Source of the DNA: Antedon mediterranea
Lineage: Eukaryota > Animalia > Echinodermata
DNA: 64,000 nucleotides
Direction of reading: 5' to 3'
Assembly (NCBI RefSeq): GCF_964355755.1
Contig: NC_092674.1
Location: forward strand, 19,716,001-19,780,000
The stretch's first letter is position 1, and each line of letters begins with the position of its first letter. Below, piece by piece: positions 40,701 to 52,662 of this stretch. The translations under genes and the position numbers were made by a program. Under the pieces are notes generated by a model that had not been told where the DNA came from, did not search any database, and was given only the letters and a program-made list of their open reading frames with translations.

Positions 40701-43700
40701 GAAAAGGGATTAGAATTTGATTTTTCGCATTTTAACATTTTAAACACGCATACGCGCAGAATTTTATGTGCAACACGCCATTTTTACTTGAAGGGAATTT
40801 GACCCTTGATATGATTTATCATTTTCTCAAGTTTCAATAACAAATTTAAGATAAATTTCAAAAAATCGTATAGCAGGCCCGTAGCCAGGGGGGTTTTTTA
40901 TGGTTCGGGCGAACCTCCCTTTTACAGCAACCCCCCCCCCCCCCCTTTTACAGCAAACCTCCCCTTTACAGCAAACCGACTGCGAACCCCCATCCCCGAC
41001 ATGCCTAGTACCTCACCCTCATCTCCGAAAATCCTCCAAATACGTGCCCCACAGTAAAAAAGTTGTTTGTAAATTGAAAAATTTGTAAACTCGTTCGTGA
41101 ATAACTCATACAGTATACCTAATTCTTCCCTGTATGAGCGTACTTCGAGCGATAGTGTCTGTAAATTTCTAAGAGTTGCAAATGAATTGCCGATTTTAAC
41201 CTGAAAAATAAATGTTTGGTCCGTGCATGTAACATGATATTCACGCGTATCAGCAAGCTGGGACACGAACGATTCGTACAAAGGACACCGCAAGACAACT
41301 GTGTACCTATTGTTTAGATCACTGGCAGTCAGGCAGCATGCATAAAGTATATAGCCTTCCGACGTACATCATTATTTATGTGTGGCTATGAAATATAATG
41401 TATCATCATCATAGAGGATTAGTGAATATTAATATATTACACATAATATCTATGGTGGTATCATGTACTGTAGTTCACATTATGGCATCAGATTATTTGT
41501 TTCTAGACCACCAGCCGATACGTACTCAACTGTATCAATATCACCTATTTACATTGGCATATTTAATTTTCTCAACAAAGTGCTGTAAATAATTATTATA
41601 GATAGAGCTATAATAAGAATTGAATTTGCCTTCACCCAGTGTGCTTTTTTCGGGGCTTCTTCTAGACGTACGTTCGCATTGAACTTGAACGCAAAACAAA
41701 ATACTGAGTGAATGATCAACCAATCGGCAATTCCGCACAGAGCACGCGCATCTAAAGCCTGTTTTTCTGTCGACGTTATTCGACGCCATCGTTGTTGATC
41801 GTTAACGATCGTTTGAAAACGATTAAATGACAACGATAGCGAGTACCTTTTCCTGTAAATCATTAACATTTTAATTTTAACCTAGAAGATCGCCGATTAT
41901 TGTTAACGATACCGTCGAATAACGTTGACATACATACGGCAACAAATGTTATCGTCCATTAAATAGTCCACGGTCCAAGTACGATCGTTTTGCTCATTGG
42001 TAGCATGCTGCATGAGAGTGTCTTTTCCGGCCATCTAGGGGTGTCATTAAAAAAAATTTGCTTCGCCTCAGGCCACACCCCCAAGGGGGGGGGGGGGGGG
42101 GTGACCCAAATACTTAGTGTCCGAACCCCCCTTGACACATCCTGGCTACGGCCCTGTATAATCATGCGTCAACTTGGACAGCACCAAAAACCTTATTACG
42201 ACATCTTCAGATAGAGGTCAATCTTATAAAGATATAAAATGTTATGTTGAGAAGATTTAGAGATACACATGCAACAAAATTTGTGGAAAGAAAGAAGAAT
42301 AAGATAAAAAAAAAATATCCTGACAATAACAAGGGGTTATCCGCCAAGTGCGGATAACCAAAAAATATTGCAGATTATATTCATAATATTGTCCATCTGA
42401 ATAATAATTGTTTGAACTTCTTATACTTCAATAGAGCAATTAGTTTTTCACTTTGACCAAAATTGGATTGAAAAAAATGTGTTTAACTAAAAAAACTGTA
42501 ATTTAAAGTTAGATGCTATAGAGGCACCATTTACCAAAGGTAGGCCTAATTATTATACATGAGCACTGTAAGCATATTCATATTTTAAGAAGGTCAATAG
42601 GTCACCTCAACGTATAGAGCGCAGATAGCATGCACCGTGTGTGTGATTTTCATATGTGTGTGATTTTCATATGTTTTTCCTTTTCGTGTATCTAAGAGGC
42701 CTAAATAATGTTGTGTTTCTGGTGTCGGTAGTCAGTTTGGTATTTGTTAAGGAAACTATGATTTTATATCAGGCTTGTGAGTTTTTATTTTTAATTAAAT
42801 AGACATGACCCTAATAAACCTATGATATAGCCAACCAATTAAATGGTACCTAACTATTTAATAACACAGTAAAGTGTTGCTTATCACAATTTCAGTTAAC
42901 TTTCACATAATAAACACAGTAAAGTGGTGCTAATCACAATTAAATGGTGGTGTCTCAGCATGGAGGTATACCTCCATGGTCTCAGTTACCTTGTATTTAA
43001 ATCCCCCTTCCCTACGTTTTTTAGATCTAATTTAAGATCACAAACTATATTTAATGTAAAAATAATACTATATGGTCCTATTGCGATAACTTTTTTCGTC
43101 TTTAAACGGTTAAAAATGTGAAAAATAAGTCGATTCTAATAATTATAGCGGCCCGCTATAAATCCCAAAATGCATTGCGCGCGGATTGATATTTTTGTTT
43201 TTCATCTGTAATTCGCCCACTTTTCGATCGATCGTGAGGCCAAAACAAATGGAAGACAATTAATGCAGCAACTATACAACGTCAGGCTAGGTATATAGCT
43301 AGCGTATGATGTTCGTACGTTACCAATGTTTACCAGCTAGGCCTACAAAACTAAGCCTAGCTAGGCTAGGCCTAAGACTGTCCACGAGAGGTCGATCGCC
43401 GCGAGCTACTTAGGTAGTGCATAGTTTCTCACTTTTTATCATAATTTACCATAAAACGTACATTTAAGACAAGGAATGACATGGTTTAATGTTTTTAAAG
43501 TGATATATATGTATTATTTTCTAAAAAACGTCCAAAATTGCAGGGAAGGGGTCTTTAATAAACACATTAAAAAGTGGTGCCGATCACAAATAAATGGTCC
43601 GATACCTCAGTTAAATTTTATTTAATAAAGCAGTAAAGTGGTGTTTATCACAATTAAATGGTGCCTCAGTTAACTTTTATTAAAATAACACAGTAAAAGT

Positions 43701-46641
43701 GGTGTTTATTAATAAAAGTTAACGGAGGCACCATTTAATTGTGATGGGCACTACTTTATTGTGTTTATTAATTAAAAGTAGGTACCATTTACTTGGTGGC
43801 TATATCATAGGTTTATTAGGGTCATGTCTATTTAATTAAAAATAAAAACTCAAAAGAGCCAGATATAAAATCATGTTATGTTATTTCAATATGATGGAGA
43901 TAGCAGAGGTAGACTGCACAGAGAGACAGACGTTACACGACACATGGATGATGAAGTCTACCTATCACGTGTTGTGCGCTGCACGAACGACGATAGCCGA
44001 CGACGGTCGGCTATTTACCCGGATTGTCTATTTTTCGATAGGGTGTACTTTTCATTAAAAAGGAACATAGTATCTTCAATGAATGACGTCTTAATCTTAT
44101 CAAAATCAAATATTTATGCGTTATGCATTTTAGAATCTGCCAATTTAATGTAGTTTCATATTTTACCCTTAATAAACTTTCCTCGTGCGTGCAGTGCGTC
44201 AGTAGAGTATACAAAACAACATTCAAAAAAATGGTAGAGTCTAACAGAGATTTAACTAAACACACACATTATGCATTTTATTGCGGACTATTAATACAGC
44301 TAGCTGAGCAGGGCCGGCCGCCGACTTCTGTGTTGTTGTTGTGTATAAATAATCGGGATGGTATAAGTTTCTCCCCCTGACAGAAACGCTTTGGCGCAGC
44401 CTGAGGGATGGAAAGACGTGGTACTCCGTGCTTTGGCCTAAATTATCTGTACGTTCAACAACGATACGAGTGTTCATTTGCTAGGAATTGTCCTCAATAT
44501 TTTTAGCATACGACGTACATATTTTATAGGCCTAGGCCGCCGCTACTGCACTTTCGCAACTCTTGAGCATACCCACTTTAAAAACATTCACCGGCTGCAC
44601 GGCGGTGACGGTGAGTGTCAGTGACCGTGAAGTCTTAGGACACGATTTTCGCCTGGTGGGTACGGAAGCCATCAGACAAATGACCAGCCAACCGTAAAAA
44701 ATAAAAATAACATAGCGTTCAGGGGATTTCAGAAAACTGTAAAATGTTTCTTATTAAATTCATAACTGTATGAATCCTGTATGAATAAAACCATTTTGAA
44801 CAATTGTTTGATCATTGTTATAAAATACAACGAAAATGATTATTTTTAATATAGTGATTTAGGCATGGCTCTCTCTCTCTAAATGCCTTACAAAAACCAT
44901 TATTTAAAACATTTTTTATTTTGGCTAAAAACCAGTTCATTTGGCTAAAAAAAAAAATTGAACTTTAGCCATTTTGGCTATAGATATTAAACTGATTTGA
45001 CTGAAAAAAATATTTTGATTTTCGCCAAAAGGCTAAACAAAATGAAATGTTAGTGCTACCCCAGTTACTTGCTGCTGCAACCACTTTTATTTTTCAAGGC
45101 TACAGTGCATCTTCTCATAAAATAATCGCCGTGGCTAAAGATACGGTACTGTATCCATACTTCTAAAAACTAAAGGTACGTTAATTATAAATTGCATTCC
45201 TAAATCTGGATCCTTAATATAAAACTCATTCCTAAATATTAAACTCGTTCCTAAGTATTAAAAACCTAACCCTCTAAATAATAAATAATAATAATAAATT
45301 AAAAACTAAAAAAAAAAAAAGACCATGCAACTTATTCCATTGCCCCAAAGACCCACATCATAGTTCATTTACTACTAACCAGAAATGTAAGAAAAATTAA
45401 AATACTGTATCATAGGTCTGCTTTTGAATGAAACAGGGTTCACCCCTCACAAGAGACCAATTGTTGGTTGGCTACTATTCTGGGTTCCTGACAGAGTTTT
45501 GTTTTAATATTAGGTAAAAGATAAATATTTTGGCACATATGGCTTTTCATATGTATACAACTTGAGCTTGGATATTTCAGACAAAAATCGGAATAAAAAC
45601 AAATAAATAAAAGACAAGTCTAGTAGGCAACTTACAATTCATTCTTTGGTAAATAAAATAAAAGACAAATTTCAAACTTTAATTAAATAGGATGTTGGAA
45701 TGGTCCAGTAGAAGGCTACCGTTCAGACCAAATGAAGACATATGATACTGAGCAAACACAATCCATCCAATATAGGTTATGGAATATGGGCGGCCATTAG
45801 GGCCAAAATAGACAAACGTTGCTTTACGAACAATTCCGCTTCCGTAAGCCAAACAAATGGCGTTAAAAAGACATTATCCACTCCTGTAAGCCAAACAAAT
45901 GGCGTTAAAGACATAATTCATCGAGTGACAAACAAATATTGCTGTACGGACAAACGCACACATTGCCGTATGAACAAATTGCCGTTCATACAGCAATGTG
46001 TGCGTTTGTCCGTACGGCAAAATTTGTTTGTCACTCGATGAATTAGGTCTTTAACGCCATTTGTTTGGCTTACAAGAGCGGATAATTGTCGTATTCGATT
46101 TAGACTTTCACCGTTGAGTACAGTTTTTCCGTTGAGTACTTCTTTAACGGAGAATTTTGAGCGTTGAGATTGTTCTTAACGAAAAAGCTTTCGTTGTCAA
46201 CGTTTTCTATTCGAATGACTTTCTGTTGAGCACAAATTTACAATTCAAATACAAAAAGTACTCAACGAATCTTTACGTTGACAACGAAAGTTCCCAATCG
46301 AATACGACAATTGTCTTTAACGCCATTTGTTTGGCTTACATACAAGAGCGGATAATGTCTTTAACGCCATTTGTTTGGCTTACGGAAGCGGAATTGTTCG
46401 TACGGCAACGTTTGTCTATTTTGGCACTAATGGCCGCCCATAATGGAAGACATTTTTTGTAGGCCTACGGTATTACCTGAGGATTATCAGCATCTACATG
46501 GCCCCACCACTGATCAATCGTGGCTGCACGAGGTAGAGCAGATTCACCCTCTCCTATAACAAGTAGCAATTCCTTTTCTTTTATGAGCTTACGGAGATCT
46601 TTTACCCCATCGAAAAGTGTTCTATTGTTACGACCTTCCAT
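29490..46641 (-). CDS. Multidomain protein: SIR2_2-like Sir2 domain + uncharacterised middle domain + incomplete protein kinase + MBL-fold metallohydrolase. Exons (5'->3'): 46641-46477, 38556-38359, 37269-37183, 37063-36902, 36706-36551, 36234-36048, 35735-35665, 35033-34784, 34073-33862, 33747-33521, 33298-33260, 32260-32148, 31915-31741, 31368-31258, 30875-30676, 30127-30013, 29776-29490
   Basis: Exons joined through AG/GT (one GC) sites with matching phase, except at 33521/33298. Sir2 motifs: LLLVIGEGES, IFTTNIDELLE, VIVKLFGD, VLFLGCD. Kinase motifs: LLGKGSFGEVYK, FALK, KADVYSYALLLIE, CLKPHSVRAT. MBL motifs: LGTGKG, LVDVG, ITHNHTDH, QHSEVCYG, FSADSG, EHAS. Confidence 0.85.
32420..32606 (+). 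mobile_element. 3' tail fragment of a LINE/SINE-like element
   Basis: aaaataaatgttgctt followed by a (TGAAT)n tail. Confidence 0.4.
32696..33205. mobile_element. TA-flanked Tc1/mariner-type MITE with ctaatagtaaccc subrepeats
   Basis: tacggtaaatcttctaatagtaaccc ... gggttacaattaaaagatttacggta inverted termini; internal 18-bp repeats. Confidence 0.75.
34544..34727. mobile_element. Small Harbinger-like MITE
   Basis: taaAGCGTGGTTCCCACTAG ... CTAGTAGAAACCAAGCTtaa; a related internal fragment occurs near 62955-62995. Confidence 0.6.
35151..35491. mobile_element. MITE with CAGGGGCGGATCCAG-type termini
   Basis: caggggcggatccagc ... ttggattcacacctg imperfect TIR with G-run/C-run subtermini. Confidence 0.5.
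38617..42360 (-). mobile_element. Helentron-type non-autonomous element (family A, reverse orientation) interrupted by younger insertions
   Basis: 3' hairpin+CTAG end at 38617-38660 and 5' palindrome gttatccgc...gcggataac at 42336-42359; body is the reverse complement of 54730-56313 and 56320-57831. Confidence 0.75.
40873..42156. mobile_element. DNA-transposon-like insertion with CAGG(C/G)CCGTAGCCAGG inverted termini
   Basis: caggcccgtagccagg (40873) vs cctggctacggccctg (42141-42156), nested in the Helentron-type element. Confidence 0.65.
42758..43875. repeat. Foldback structure: ~100-bp inverted arms enclosing ~55-bp subrepeats and the Kolobok-like MITE
   Basis: gtttttatttttaattaaatagacatgaccctaataaacctatgatatagcca (42781-42833) is inverted at 43797-43849. 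Confidence 0.8.
42997..43558. mobile_element. Second copy of the TTAA/Kolobok-like MITE (inverted relative to 2730-3364, with an internal deletion)
   Basis: ttaaATCCCCCTTCCCTACG...GCAGGGAAGGGGTCTttaa; near-identical internal sequence. Confidence 0.85.
45787..46442. mobile_element. Long-TIR foldback MITE with a nested smaller inverted-repeat insertion (~46084-46311)
   Basis: tatgggcggccattagggccaaaatagacaaacgttg ... caacgtttgtctattttggcactaatggccgcccata; nested attgtcgtattcgatt ... aatcgaatacgacaat. Confidence 0.85.
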
Positions 46642-46778
46642 TTCGGTGACTCCCTAAACACTGGGCATAATAAGTAACCAAAACAATACAAACTTTCCAT
46701 TAAGCTAAAATTAGTTGTTTTTAAATTCCCATTGCAATATTAATAGCTGCGAGTACCTTCTTACTACGTAAACAGGAT

Positions 46779-46840
46779 GGAATTTCACGGGGAAAGTCCC
46801 TATTACGTAATGCACCAATACGCAAACTTCATTGGTTGGC
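46779..46840. promoter_or_regulatory. Putative promoter with an exact NF-kappaB site (GGGACTTTCC on the minus strand, 46791-46800), an adjacent kappaB-like GGAATTTCAC, a TTACGTAA bZIP palindrome and CCAAT boxes
   Basis: Sequence ggaatttcacgg-ggaaagtccc-tattacgtaatgcaccaat...attgg, ~150 bp upstream of the fusion-gene ATG and next to a probable short non-coding exon (minus-strand donor near 46756). Confidence 0.65.
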
Positions 46841-48150
46841 TTGGCTAAAACAGTCAACAGATTTGAAGATTAATACGTGGTGTAGCAAACAATCCTCTCA
46901 TTTTCTAGCCTAGAAGATAAATTGACAAGTTGATCTATTGAAAAGTAAGTATAGTGTATACCTTTCTTGTATAAAATACAAGCTAACAAACAAATCCGTA
47001 AAATGTTTTTGTCGAATTCACATAAAGGCAAGATGTCAGCAGGGTCTGCTCTCTAGACTCTCAACGCAGGCAGAGAGGAAGAGGGAGCTGTTCAGTATAC
47101 ATACGTCTAGCCTACAATGTGTTTGCCAGAATAGACACAAAAAAAACAGGTTCTCATTTTCTGTCAATAGATACTTTCCGGTTTATCCTTATGTTTTTTA
47201 TTCAGGAGGAAGTCTTTGTCTAGGTAGGAAAACCCGGATTAACTACTTCAGGACCAGAATAATTTATGTTTGGCTATATGTGTAGCAGACCTACCACATA
47301 GCTTTTAATTCAACAATTACTTTTAATTTGATTATTTATACATCCTCTATATATCTCTTTATTTAACCTCACATTGACAGGTTACCTTCACTTTTCTAGC
47401 TAATGGATTTTAAGAATGTTAATGACTCTAACAGAAAACCACATTAATTCTCTTAATCCTAATTGGTCAGATGAGATGGGCCAAGCCCAATATTACCATG
47501 CACTGACCACAACACACTCTTTTCTCAACTAGTCGTGTAGCTACTTTTATTGCTCTGTGTTATCAAACATTGTATATTGTATATTTTATCTGTTTATTGA
47601 GAATCCTCACTTGATTCACTTGGAATAAATGGCATACTTACTTTATACATTTAGTAGTTGTTTTATTTTACCGTTGCGCCGACAATTACTAAATATGCAA
47701 TTGTAAATATTTGATTTCTGTTCTTTGATACATCACTTCAGTAATGTTTGTCTTCAAAAATTGAAACATTTGTATAAAATATTCTAGTACTGTAGAAGTA
47801 TAAATGTAACTGCATAAGCTAAGACATAATTTACCTTTTCTGATTTTTTTTTTTTATTATTTTATTAGATCCTTGTTTTGACATTTAAATTTTTTCCGTC
47901 CATCTTAATCACCCATTTGATAATTTCCACCTTGTCGCCTTCACTCCTCGGACAAATCATTGCTATCTGTTCCTTGTTTCTGGACTAAGAATAGTGGACG
48001 CTGCTTTTCTTTTATTCCAAAACAATGCATAACTTCTAATATGTATCAACCCTGGCAATTAGTAACCCCACCCCAAGCTAAATTGTGACAAATTAGTAGA
48101 AATAAAACAACTACAGTAAAGTAAACACATTTTTTTGAATTAACTTACAA

Positions 48151-49896
48151 ACTCATACTGTAGGTACTCATACTGTAGATACTCACACTGTAGATACTCA
48201 TACTGTAGATACTCATACTGTAGATACTCATACTGTACTAGTACTCATACTGTAGGTACTCATACTGTAGATACTCATACTGTAGGTACTCATACTGTAG
48301 ATACTCACACTGTAGATACTCACACTGTAGATACTCACACTGTAGATACTCATACTGTAGATACTCACACTGTAGATACTCATACTGTAGATACTCATAC
48401 TGTAGGTACTCATACTGTAGATACTCATACTGTAGATACTCATACTGTAGATACTCATACTGTAGATACTCACACTGTAGATACTCATACTGTAGGTACT
48501 CATACTGTAGATACTCATACTGTAGGTACTCATACTGTAGATACTCATACTGTAGGTACTCATACTGTACTAGTACTCATACTGTAGATACTCATACTGT
48601 AGGTACTCATACTGTAGATACTCATACTGTAGATACTCATACTGTACTAGTACTCATACTGTAGGTACTCATACTGTAGATACTCATACTGTAGGTACTC
48701 ATACTGTAGATACTCATACTGTAGGTACTCATACTGTACTAGTACTCATACTGTAGATACTCATACTGTAGGTACTCATACTGTAGATACTCATACTGTA
48801 GATACTCATACTGTAGATACTCATACTGTAGGTACTCATACTGTACTAGTACTCATACTGTAGATACTCATACTGTAGGTACTCATACTGTAGGTACTCA
48901 TACTGTAGATACTCATACTGTAGATACTCATACTGTAGATACTCATACTGTAGGTACTCATACTGTAGGTACTCATACTGTAGATACTCATACTGTAGAT
49001 ACTCATACTGTAGGTACTCATACTGTAGGTACTCATACTGTAGGTACTCATACTGTAGATACTCATACTGTAGGTACTCATACTGTACTAGTACTCATAC
49101 TGTAGATACTCATACTGTAGGTACTCATACTGTAGGTACTCATACTGTAGATACTCATACTGTAGGTACTCATACTGTAGATACTCATACTGTAGGTACT
49201 CATACTGTAGGTACTCATACTGTAGATACTCATACTGTAGATACTCATACTGTAGGTACTCATACTGTAGGTACTCATACTGTAGGTACTCATACTGTAG
49301 ATACTCATACTGTAGGTACTCATACTGTACTAGTACTCATACTGTAGATACTCATACTGTAGATACTCATACTGTAGATACTCATACTGTAGATACTCAT
49401 ACTGTAGGTACTCATACTGTACTAGTACTCATACTGTAGATACTCATACTGTAGGTACTCATACTGTAGGTACTCATACTGTAGATACTCATACTGTAGG
49501 TACTCATACTGTAGATACTCATACTGTAGATACTCATACTGTAGGTACTCATACTGTAGATACTCATACTGTAGATACTCATACTGTACTAGTACTCATA
49601 CTGTAGGTACTCATACTGTAGATACTCATACTGTAGGTACTCATACTGTAGATACTCATACTGTAGGTACTCATACTGTACTAGTTAGTACTCATACTGT
49701 AGATACTCATACTGTAGGTACTCATACTGTAGATACTCATACTGTAGATACTCATACTGTAGATACTCATACTGTAGGTACTCATACTGTACTAGTACTC
49801 ATACTGTAGATACTCATACTGTAGGTACTCATACTGTAGGTACTCATACTGTAGGTACTCATACTGTAGATACTCATACTGTAGATACTCATACTG
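48151..49896. repeat. 15-bp minisatellite (g[a/g]tactcatactgta), over 100 copies, with periodic 17-bp variant units
   Basis: Directly visible; units containing ctagtact recur irregularly. Confidence 0.99.
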
Positions 49897-50520
49897 TTTT
49901 AACACTTTTGGTTGATGAACTATCAAACACTATACTGAAATATCTATATTGTTTAATTAAAATTGGAGCAGTCATCTACTTGATAAAAATATTGATATGA
50001 ACGAATTGTTTATATTTTGTTGTTATTATATTATGTTGTTTGCTTTTACTATTAGAATAGTGAATTATTATCACTATAGATTAATATTTAGGATAGGTTA
50101 GTATTACTATAGAAGGGGTGGGGTTGTTGCTAACCATGATAGCATGACAAACAATATACACTATCTACAATTGTTCTGGGGGAATTGTTTTTCTGCATAC
50201 TGTACTGTATACTGTAATGCTGACTATGTGTACATATACTTAACCTTTTATCCTTGCTGAATAGGCCTACTTGTATTACTACTTGAGATAGCTTTGATGA
50301 GGTATAATATAAGAGATAAGGCTTTTATAAACATCATTCAATCTGTATTATAAAGTTAGTTTTATTTACAAATGACAACCATTATTTATATTATTTTTTA
50401 TTCACTTTGTTTTTCTATACTTATATATTGAACAAAATAAATTTAAAGCCAATTTCACTTCTTAAATTCAAAGGTTAAAAACAAAAAGCAACCTAACCTG
50501 CTGTTATTATACAATTCTCT

Positions 50521-51811
50521 TTAGGTTATATGCATTATCATGCATAAATAACCTTATTTATTCTGTCAGAATCTTTATTTATCTTTCCTCTCCAATTTTG
50601 TCCGTCAATTATCTTGAGATCAGTTTCATCTAGCTAAGTTAATTTTTTACAGTATATTCCTTATGGCCAGGAATCGATGTGGTTATGTTTTCACGATGCA
50701 CAATCAAAAATTACGCGGTCTACACGCAATTTAGGAAAATCACGTTTGTAATCATACTGTATCTTCGCAAGCATCATTAAACCAAATTTGGTACTCATAA
50801 ATTTCAGGTCATATTTCATCATATGGCAATATAATTACGTGCGTAGCGCATATAACCATAAGTATGGCTATGCACGCTTACAATTTTCACAATTTATTTT
50901 CGGTGAAATTAGTGTACGTTTCAGGCAATTTTAAATATTTACAAAATTGCCATGAGTGCGCACACCTTTGCACACGCAATGCGCGTTAAACGTTACTGCG
51001 CAATCTTTTTGCCCGATTTATGTTTTACAACCTTTCTTTAGTAATTTCATCATATTTTATTCATTTTTCAACTTGAAACCATGTTATACGAGCATGTCAA
51101 ATGTGACAGACTACGTACATGTAAGTTAACAAAATGATGAAAATATGCAAAATTTTTTAATTAATATAGATCGTCAGAATGCTCGGAAACCCTATTTTTC
51201 ATATATTTCATATGTATGATTTTATATGAAATTAAGACAAAAAAAAGTTGATTACGTCATCATTAATTGTATATTAAATAAACAAAATTTCCACAATCAA
51301 ACAAACTATGACATGTTCTTGGACCTTAATAACAAATTTAACATTTAATCTTCTTCTTTAAAATGCTCATATCTTATTATTATTATTATTATTTTTAAAT
51401 TCCATCATAGTAAAAAATTATGATTCATTGCGGTATGTAACATTAATCTTTCTGCACTAAAGTCGTTACTGCATAGTAAATACACAGAGAAATCTTTCTT
51501 TATCTCTTAGTCAGTTGTGTATGGCTCGGTGGTCTGTGCTCGCATCTACTGTATAGCATTCAAGGTACTGAGATCGAGTCTCACCTTGGGATCCGAAACG
51601 AATAAAGGTTTTTTTGTCTGTATTATTTTTTTCCATTTATTTCTTAGTGTATAGATTATATGCATGATGTATAATGAAATCTAGAGAAAAGGTAACTTAT
51701 GTCATTATTATTATGTAACAAGGGTAGTTTATGACGTCATTATACGTGGAGGGATTTTTGATCGGAGTGTTATACCGGCTAATTTGTCATAGTGACAAAT
51801 TAAATCTAGTT
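50521..51811 (+). mobile_element. Helentron-type non-autonomous element (family B)
   Basis: 5' ttaggttatatgcattatcatgcata..aacc palindrome; 3' hairpin aatttgtcatagtgacaaatt + aaatCTAGtt; paralogous to 54615-54675/57831-59198. Confidence 0.75.
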
Positions 51812-52393
51812 ATTATTATTTTAATACATTAATTAAAATTAATTATCCTTCAAAACATGAAAAATAAAGATTAATAAATAAAATTGAATTGAAAAAAAAA
51901 AGATTTTGAAAAAAAAAACTAGATTTAATTTTTCACTATGACGAATTATAGGTTATATGCATTGATTTAAATAAATGTAATTGATTTTTACTCGGGGTAC
52001 CCGAGTCTAGGACTTACTCATTTTCTCCTCCTCCTCTTCATCCTCCATCTGGACACTATTGAGTAAAAAGTGCAATTTTTAAAGTACTACTCCTCTCTTA
52101 TTCGTTGTAGTATTGAGCTGGGATTTGGCATGAATATACTACAGGGACATGTCTTCAAAGCTATAGAGCTGGATTTTTTATTTTCAAACCGAATGCAGCC
52201 ATATGACGTCTCGAAGATGGTACCATATAGCCGTATTTTGATGTGTATGTGACGTCACATCCCGTCTTATGACGTCATTACAGCTTCATTTGCTGTACCC
52301 CGAGTATCGCACATTCATGCTTTTTTGTTAATTAATTTGTTTAATTAAGAAGCCACAATGTGTGACACACACCACAGCGTTATGTTGTTATGC

Positions 52394-52465
52394 GGCTTCT
52401 TGGCGTAGTGGTTATCACGTTTGTTTAACACGCAGAAGGTCCCCGGTTCGAGACCGGGCGAAACC
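52394..52465 (+). pseudogene. tRNA-Val(AAC)-like pseudogene
   Basis: A box tggcgtagtgg, anticodon loop ttAACac, intact T arm cccggTTCGAGAccggg; acceptor stem has mismatches; T-run follows. Confidence 0.75.
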
Positions 52466-52662
52466 TATTTTTCTTAAACTTATGGTGAAATATACTGTGT
52501 AGGCAATATGATATACAGTATATATTTTTTACATACTTATTTTGTATAATCGGTAATTATCACTTTTACACATGTTTAATTTGCTTTGTGCTTATTACCA
52601 TGTTTATTTTGTAATTTAAATGGATTAAAAAACTTTGTGTAACCCACATTTTTGGTGTAAGA

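Larger units (their letters stand above)
36551..46641 (-). other. Sir2 (SIR2_2 family) domain-coding exons of the fusion gene
   Basis: Order of motifs GxGxS / TTNxD / KxxG / LFLG matches the SIR2_2 Rossmann-fold pattern. Confidence 0.8.

Noticed and set aside
36551-46641. Classical sirtuin deacetylase (SIRT1-7) or FAM118 ortholog
   Set aside because: No zinc-binding Cys cluster or TQNID/HG pattern of classical sirtuins; orthology to FAM118 cannot be shown without a tree.
48228-49323. ORFs MSTYSMSIYS...
   Set aside because: Translation artefacts of the 15-bp minisatellite.
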